DNA of 12,251 bases, from assembly GCA_003562415.1 (NCBI GenBank), contig PWUY01000306.1, forward strand, positions 1 to 12,251, read 5' to 3'. Position numbers and translations under genes: made by a program. Positions within the stretch are counted from its first letter, which is position 1, and each line of letters begins with the position of its first letter. Shown in pieces: positions 9,150 through 12,251 of the stretch. This DNA comes from Anaerolineae bacterium. Lineage in GTDB: Bacteria > Chloroflexota > Anaerolineae > B4-G1 > SLSP01. The notes beneath the pieces are model-generated. The model saw only the letters and a program-made list of their open reading frames with translations, ran no database searches and was not told the DNA's origin.

Positions 9150-9194
9150 GAACGTGAAACGTGAAACGTCAAACGTCATGCGTCAAACGTCAAG
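9150..9194. repeat. Tandem heptamer array, about 6x (G/C)AAACGT (GAACGT GAAACGT GAAACGT CAAACGT CATGCGT CAAACGT), directly upstream of the FmdB-like gene on the minus strand
   Basis: Read directly at 9150-9194. On the minus strand it reads cTTGACGtTTGACGcaTGACGtTTGACGtTTCACGtTTCACG, a train of -35-like TTGACG hexamers ending about 30 nt before the Shine-Dalgarno motif. Confidence 0.6.
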
Positions 9195-9290
9195 AAACTG
9201 TTAAGGGTAGGGTTTCTGCTCCTTGTAAAACTGCAAATGGTAGCTATAGGGCGCGGGTGCGACCAGAACCAGTTGAAGCTGTGACGCCTC

Positions 9291-9307
9291 ACGTTTGACG
9301 TTTGACG
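9291..9307. repeat. Inverted partner of the 9150-9194 heptamer array: ACGTTTG ACGTTTG ACG, about 96 bp away
   Basis: Read directly. It is the reverse complement of the CAAACGT CAAACGT units at 9181-9194. Together the two blocks bracket roughly 95 bp (9195-9290) in the divergent FmdB/gmk spacer. Confidence 0.55.
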
Positions 9308-9341
9308 CCCCACGCCCCACCCGATCCAAAACTTGGACTAT

Positions 9342-9370
9342 CTTAACACTTCCCTCGATTGTGGTATAGT
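9342..9370 (+). promoter_or_regulatory. Candidate sigma-70 promoter with an extended -10, for the gmk operon
   Basis: TTAACA (9342-9347), a 17-nt spacer, then TGgTATAGT (9362-9370). The predicted start site is near 9377, about 38 nt before the gmk ATG. Confidence 0.45.
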
Positions 9371-9414
9371 AGAGCAGTGTCATTATAGCTTAACCTGAAA
9401 TGAGGAGCAAACTT

Positions 9415-10044
9415 ATGGCAGAAATTATCACACGCGATCCTTACGACCCCCGGCAGTATCCCTTACTCGTGGTTATCTCCGGGCCTTCGGGGGTGGGGAA
9501 GGATAGCGTTGTCCAACAGTTGATGCAGCGGGATTTTGCGTTTCATTTTGTGATCACGGCCACGTCGCGTCCGCCGCGCCCCGATGAGGTGGATGGCGTG
9601 GACTATTTCTTCGTGACCGAGGCGGAGTTCGAGGCGTTGATCGCCAACGACGAGTTGCTGGAACACGCCATCGTCTACGGGCAGCACAAGGGCATCCCCA
9701 AACAGCAGGTGCGGCAGGCCCTCGCCAGCGGCAAGGACGTGGTGATGCGCCTGGACGTGCAGGGCGCGGCAACGGTCAAGGCGCTGATTCCCGACGCGGT
9801 GCTGGTCTTCCTGAGCGCAGAGTCGGAGGCGGAGTTGATTGCGCGCTTGCAAAAGCGGCGTACCGAGTCGGAGGAGCAGTTGCAGCAGCGCATCCAGACC
9901 GCCCGCGAGGAGGTGGCGCGCTTGCACGAGTTCGACTATCTGGTCATCAACCGCGATAGCGCGTTGGATGAGGCGGTGGACGACGTGCTGACCATTATCG
10001 CAGCCGAGCATTATCGCGTCCATCCCCGGCAGGTGGCATTGTAA
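9415..10044 (+). CDS. gmk: guanylate kinase
   Basis: P-loop ISGPSGVGK, the motif ATSRPPRPDEVDGVDYFFV and the tail EFDYLVINRD match guanylate kinase along its whole length. The ATG at 9415 is preferred over the track ATG at 9400, because GAGGAG at 9402-9407 sits 7 nt upstream of 9415. Confidence 0.85.
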   Translation: MAEIITRDPYDPRQYPLLVVISGPSGVGKDSVVQQLMQRDFAFHFVITATSRPPRPDEVDGVDYFFVTEAEFEALIANDELLEHAIVYGQHKGIPKQQVRQALASGKDVVMRLDVQGAATVKALIPDAVLVFLSAESEAELIARLQKRRTESEEQLQQRIQTAREEVARLHEFDYLVINRDSALDEAVDDVLTIIAAEHYRVHPRQVAL

Positions 10045-10772
10045 TGGCGATGGGCAGCGAGTTCTCCTCGCCAGCTTCGATGCGCCGGTTAGAGACTTTC
10101 CCCATCAAAGCGACCTACGCGCTCATCGGCTTGAACGCGCTGATTTTCCTGGGGGATTATCTCTCTGGGCGGATGTTCTTCCGCTGGGGCGCGCTGATGC
10201 CGGCGGCGGTGATAGTTTTCAACCAGTGGTGGCGCGTGATCACGGCGGGCTTCCTGCACGCCGACATCACGCACATCATCTTCAACCTTTACGCGCTGTT
10301 TGGATTGGGCATGCTGATGGAGCGGTTTTTCGGCACGCGCCGCTTCCTGGCGATCTATATGACGGGCTTGCTCGGTTCCAGCGCGCTCGTCACGCTTTTC
10401 TCGCCGATGCTCGTGCCTACATTGGGCGCGTCCGGCGCGATTATGGGCGTGCTCGGCGGGCTGGTCGTGTATTACGCCATCTACAAAAACCGCGTGGTGC
10501 GGGGGCAGAAGATGCTGTCCGAAATGGTGCAGATGGCGATCATTAACATCGGCATCGGGATACTGCCGGGCATCAGTTGGTGGGGGCACCTGGGCGGCTT
10601 CCTCGGCGGCGCGCTGACGGGGTGGTTTCTCTGTCCCCGCTACAATGACGCGAGTTACGCCGCGCTCTTGCGGGTGCAGCCCATCACGCCGGAGGCGCGC
10701 TCTGGCTGGCTGTTCTCGCTGATTGGCTGGCTGGCGTTGCTGGGCGTGGCCGCGCTGACGCGAGGTATGTAA
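10044..10772 (+). CDS. rhomboid-family intramembrane serine protease
   Basis: The 242-aa ORF is a polytopic membrane protein with the rhomboid motifs [27 protein letters not shown] (the GxSG catalytic Ser) and the [11 protein letters not shown] catalytic His region. Its start overlaps the gmk stop (TAATG). Confidence 0.85.
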   Translation: MAMGSEFSSPASMRRLETFPIKATYALIGLNALIFLGDYLSGRMFFRWGALMPAAVIVFNQWWRVITAGFLHADITHIIFNLYALFGLGMLMERFFGTRRFLAIYMTGLLGSSALVTLFSPMLVPTLGASGAIMGVLGGLVVYYAIYKNRVVRGQKMLSEMVQMAIINIGIGILPGISWWGHLGGFLGGALTGWFLCPRYNDASYAALLRVQPITPEARSGWLFSLIGWLALLGVAALTRGM

Positions 10773-10984
10773 TGGCGGGGCCGCTAGAACTGCGCGTGGG
10801 CGATGTGGTGGCGCTGCGCAAGCCGCATCCGTGCGGCGAGTATACCTGGCGCATCGAGCGGGTGGGGGCCGACATCGGCATCGCGTGCCTGACCTGTGGC
10901 CGCTACGTGCTGGTTCCCCGGCGGCGATTCGAGGGGCGCGTCAAGCGGTTCGTGGAGCGCGGGCCGGCTCCAGAAGGCGGGTAA
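10772..10984 (+). CDS. DUF951-family small protein (70 aa)
   Basis: [60 protein letters not shown] matches the conserved pattern of DUF951 (GD.V.LKKPHPCG...W...R.GADI...C..CGR.V.L.R..FEK..K). Its start overlaps the rhomboid stop (TAATG). Confidence 0.7.
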   Translation: MAGPLELRVGDVVALRKPHPCGEYTWRIERVGADIGIACLTCGRYVLVPRRRFEGRVKRFVERGPAPEGG

Positions 10985-10985
10985 A

Positions 10986-12134
10986 GTGTCCACGGAAACG
11001 CCCCGGCGTTTCCTCTTCCTCTTCTCTGACACGGGCGGCGGCCATCGGGCGGCGGCGCAGGCGGTGGCCGACGAGATGACGCGGCTGTATGGCGCGCGGG
11101 TCGAGGTCACGCTGGTTGATCTGTTCGTGGAGATGGGGCGCTGGCCCTTCGACCGCTTCCCGCGTTGGTATCCCCGGCTGGTGCGCGGCAAGGGCGTCCC
11201 CTGGAGCGCGAGCTATCACCTCTCCAACCGCACGCCGCTGGTGGTGCTGCTCTCCGATTTGGCCTGGCCCTACGCGCGCGCCGGTGTGTGCGCTGTGCTC
11301 CGCGCCCACGCTCCCGATGTCATCGTCTCCTTCCACGGGATTCCCAATCGCGCGTTGATCCTGGCCCGTCGCTGCCTGGGATGGAACGTGCCGCTGGCGG
11401 TGATGGTGCTGGATTTGGTCTCGATCCACGCGGGCTGGTTCGCGCCCGGTGCCGACTTCTACCTGGTGCCCACCGAGGCGGCGCGGGCGCGGGCGATGGA
11501 CTGCGGCGTGCCGGCGGAGCGCGTTGTCGTGACCGGGATGCCCACGCGCCGCCGATTCTTCGAGGCGATGGCGATGCCGCAGGTCGAGGCGCGCGCGCAA
11601 CTGGGCCTCCCACCGGAGCGCGAGGTGGTGCTGCTGATGGGCGGCGGCGAGGGGATGGGGCCGCTCGTCCCTCTGACGCGGGCGGTCGCTGCCCGCTGCC
11701 GCGACGCGCGCGTCGTCGCCATCGCGGGGCGGAATCACGCGCTCGGCGCGGCGTTGCGCGCCCTGGACGCGCCGAATCTGCGCGTGGAAGGCTACGTCTC
11801 TAACGTGGAGGTGTGGATGCGGGCGGCGGATGTGCTGGTCACGAAGGCCGGGCCGAACACAATCTGCGAGGCGTGCATCGCCGGGCTGCCGCTGGTGCTC
11901 TACGCCGCGCTGCCCGGTCAAGAGGTGGGCAACGTCGCTTACGTCGTCGAGCACGGAGCCGGGGTCTGGTCGCCGGGGCCGGAGCGGGCGGCGGAGGCGG
12001 TGGCGCGGCTGCTCGCATCGCCGGCGGCGCGGCAGCAGATGGCCGAGCGCGCGCGGGCATTGGCTTATCCCCAGGCCGGAGAGAGCGTCGCGCGGGCGTT
12101 GTGGGAGATGGGCAAACCGCCGCCATTGGTTTGA
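10986..12134 (+). CDS. GT28-family glycosyltransferase, monogalactosyldiacylglycerol (MGDG) synthase or processive diacylglycerol glycosyltransferase-like
   Basis: The N-terminal block RRFLFLFSDTGGGHRAAAQAV is the MurG/MGDG-synthase-type Gly-rich motif. The C-terminal half carries the nucleotide-sugar-binding region (VLLMGGGEGMGPL...ADVLVTKAGPNTICEA). I propose a GTG start at 10986, 1 nt after the DUF951 stop. The track ATG at 10896 would overlap DUF951 by 89 nt, and the extra residues are Gly/Ser/Arg-rich junk. Confidence 0.8.
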   Translation: MSTETPRRFLFLFSDTGGGHRAAAQAVADEMTRLYGARVEVTLVDLFVEMGRWPFDRFPRWYPRLVRGKGVPWSASYHLSNRTPLVVLLSDLAWPYARAGVCAVLRAHAPDVIVSFHGIPNRALILARRCLGWNVPLAVMVLDLVSIHAGWFAPGADFYLVPTEAARARAMDCGVPAERVVVTGMPTRRRFFEAMAMPQVEARAQLGLPPEREVVLLMGGGEGMGPLVPLTRAVAARCRDARVVAIAGRNHALGAALRALDAPNLRVEGYVSNVEVWMRAADVLVTKAGPNTICEACIAGLPLVLYAALPGQEVGNVAYVVEHGAGVWSPGPERAAEAVARLLASPAARQQMAERARALAYPQAGESVARALWEMGKPPPLV

Positions 12135-12156
12135 ATCTCGGTGTTATGTTATAATT
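12127..12156 (+). promoter_or_regulatory. Weak candidate promoter (TTGGTT, 18 nt, TATAAT) in the AT-rich spacer after the operon, followed by a TTGACA-containing inverted repeat
   Basis: TATAAT at 12151-12156, with TTGGTT at 12127-12132. Downstream, CTTTGAC...GTCAAAG (12184-12217) forms a 7-bp inverted repeat. This is an AT-rich patch at the window edge. Confidence 0.2.
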
Positions 12157-12251
12157 CACTTGCATTGGGGCCACCCCAAGTGTCTTTGACACTATCACTC
12201 TCCTGAAAAAGTCAAAGCACCTCGGTAAAATCCGGTGGTTTCAGGTGACTC

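Noticed and set aside
9120-9179. A longer FmdB ORF starting at 9179 (MTFDVSRFTFNFQPLFRRPT...)
   Set aside because: A perfect AGGAGG sits 6 nt before the internal ATG at 9119, and the family-typical N-terminus is MPIYEYRC. The extension runs into the heptamer repeat array.
9201-9383. A 60-aa ORF on the minus strand in the FmdB/gmk spacer
   Set aside because: No Shine-Dalgarno motif. Its start lies inside the gmk promoter and it has no family resemblance. It more likely reflects AT-rich repeat-element sequence. It remains a formal possibility as a tiny protein and is noted under the spacer finding.
10896-10985. An ATG start at 10896 for the GT28 gene
   Set aside because: It would overlap DUF951 by 89 nt in another frame. 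The added 30 residues ([30 protein letters not shown]) look like off-frame sequence. Family conservation begins at RRFLFLFSDTGGGH, just after the GTG at 10986.
10941-11954. A 337-aa ORF on the minus strand and several ORFs of 80-210 aa on either strand inside the GT28 gene
   Set aside because: Arg/Pro/His-rich artefacts antisense to, or out of frame with, a well-supported glycosyltransferase CDS.

Overview
This window is a high-GC bacterial chromosomal segment, about 68-70% GC by eye. My tentative guess for the source is Chloroflexota or a similar high-GC filamentous lineage, based only on gene content: a DUF2723 membrane protein, an MGDG-synthase-like GT28 enzyme and a DUF951 protein. Almost every long ORF in the supplied track that sits in an alternative frame is a GC artefact with an Arg/Gly/Pro-rich translation.

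Real genes, left to right:
- A DUF2723-type GT-C membrane protein on the minus strand, running off the left edge of the window.
- Transketolase, minus strand.
- A ~1 kb low-GC islet (about 48% GC) carrying two overlapping small genes on the plus strand, a candidate toxin-antitoxin-like pair.
- An FabI-like SDR oxidoreductase, minus strand.
- A full-length major vault protein (MVP) homologue of 879 aa on the minus strand, whose conserved motifs match what I recall of metazoan MVP. This is the stand-out feature.
- An FmdB-family zinc-ribbon protein with an acidic tail, immediately upstream of MVP on the same strand.
- A tightly coupled plus-strand operon: guanylate kinase, rhomboid protease, DUF951 and an MGDG-synthase-like glycosyltransferase.

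Between the genes there are two kinds of short repeat. One is a 15-nt palindromic unit, AGACTTC-N-GAAGTCT, present as three hairpin copies in three different intergenic spacers. The other is a set of tandem 7-13-nt micro-repeats that come with inverted partners. One of these micro-repeat elements sits in frame inside the DUF2723 coding sequence as an AT-rich, Lys-rich 31-codon block.

I found no rRNA, tRNA, CRISPR array, transposase or integrase.
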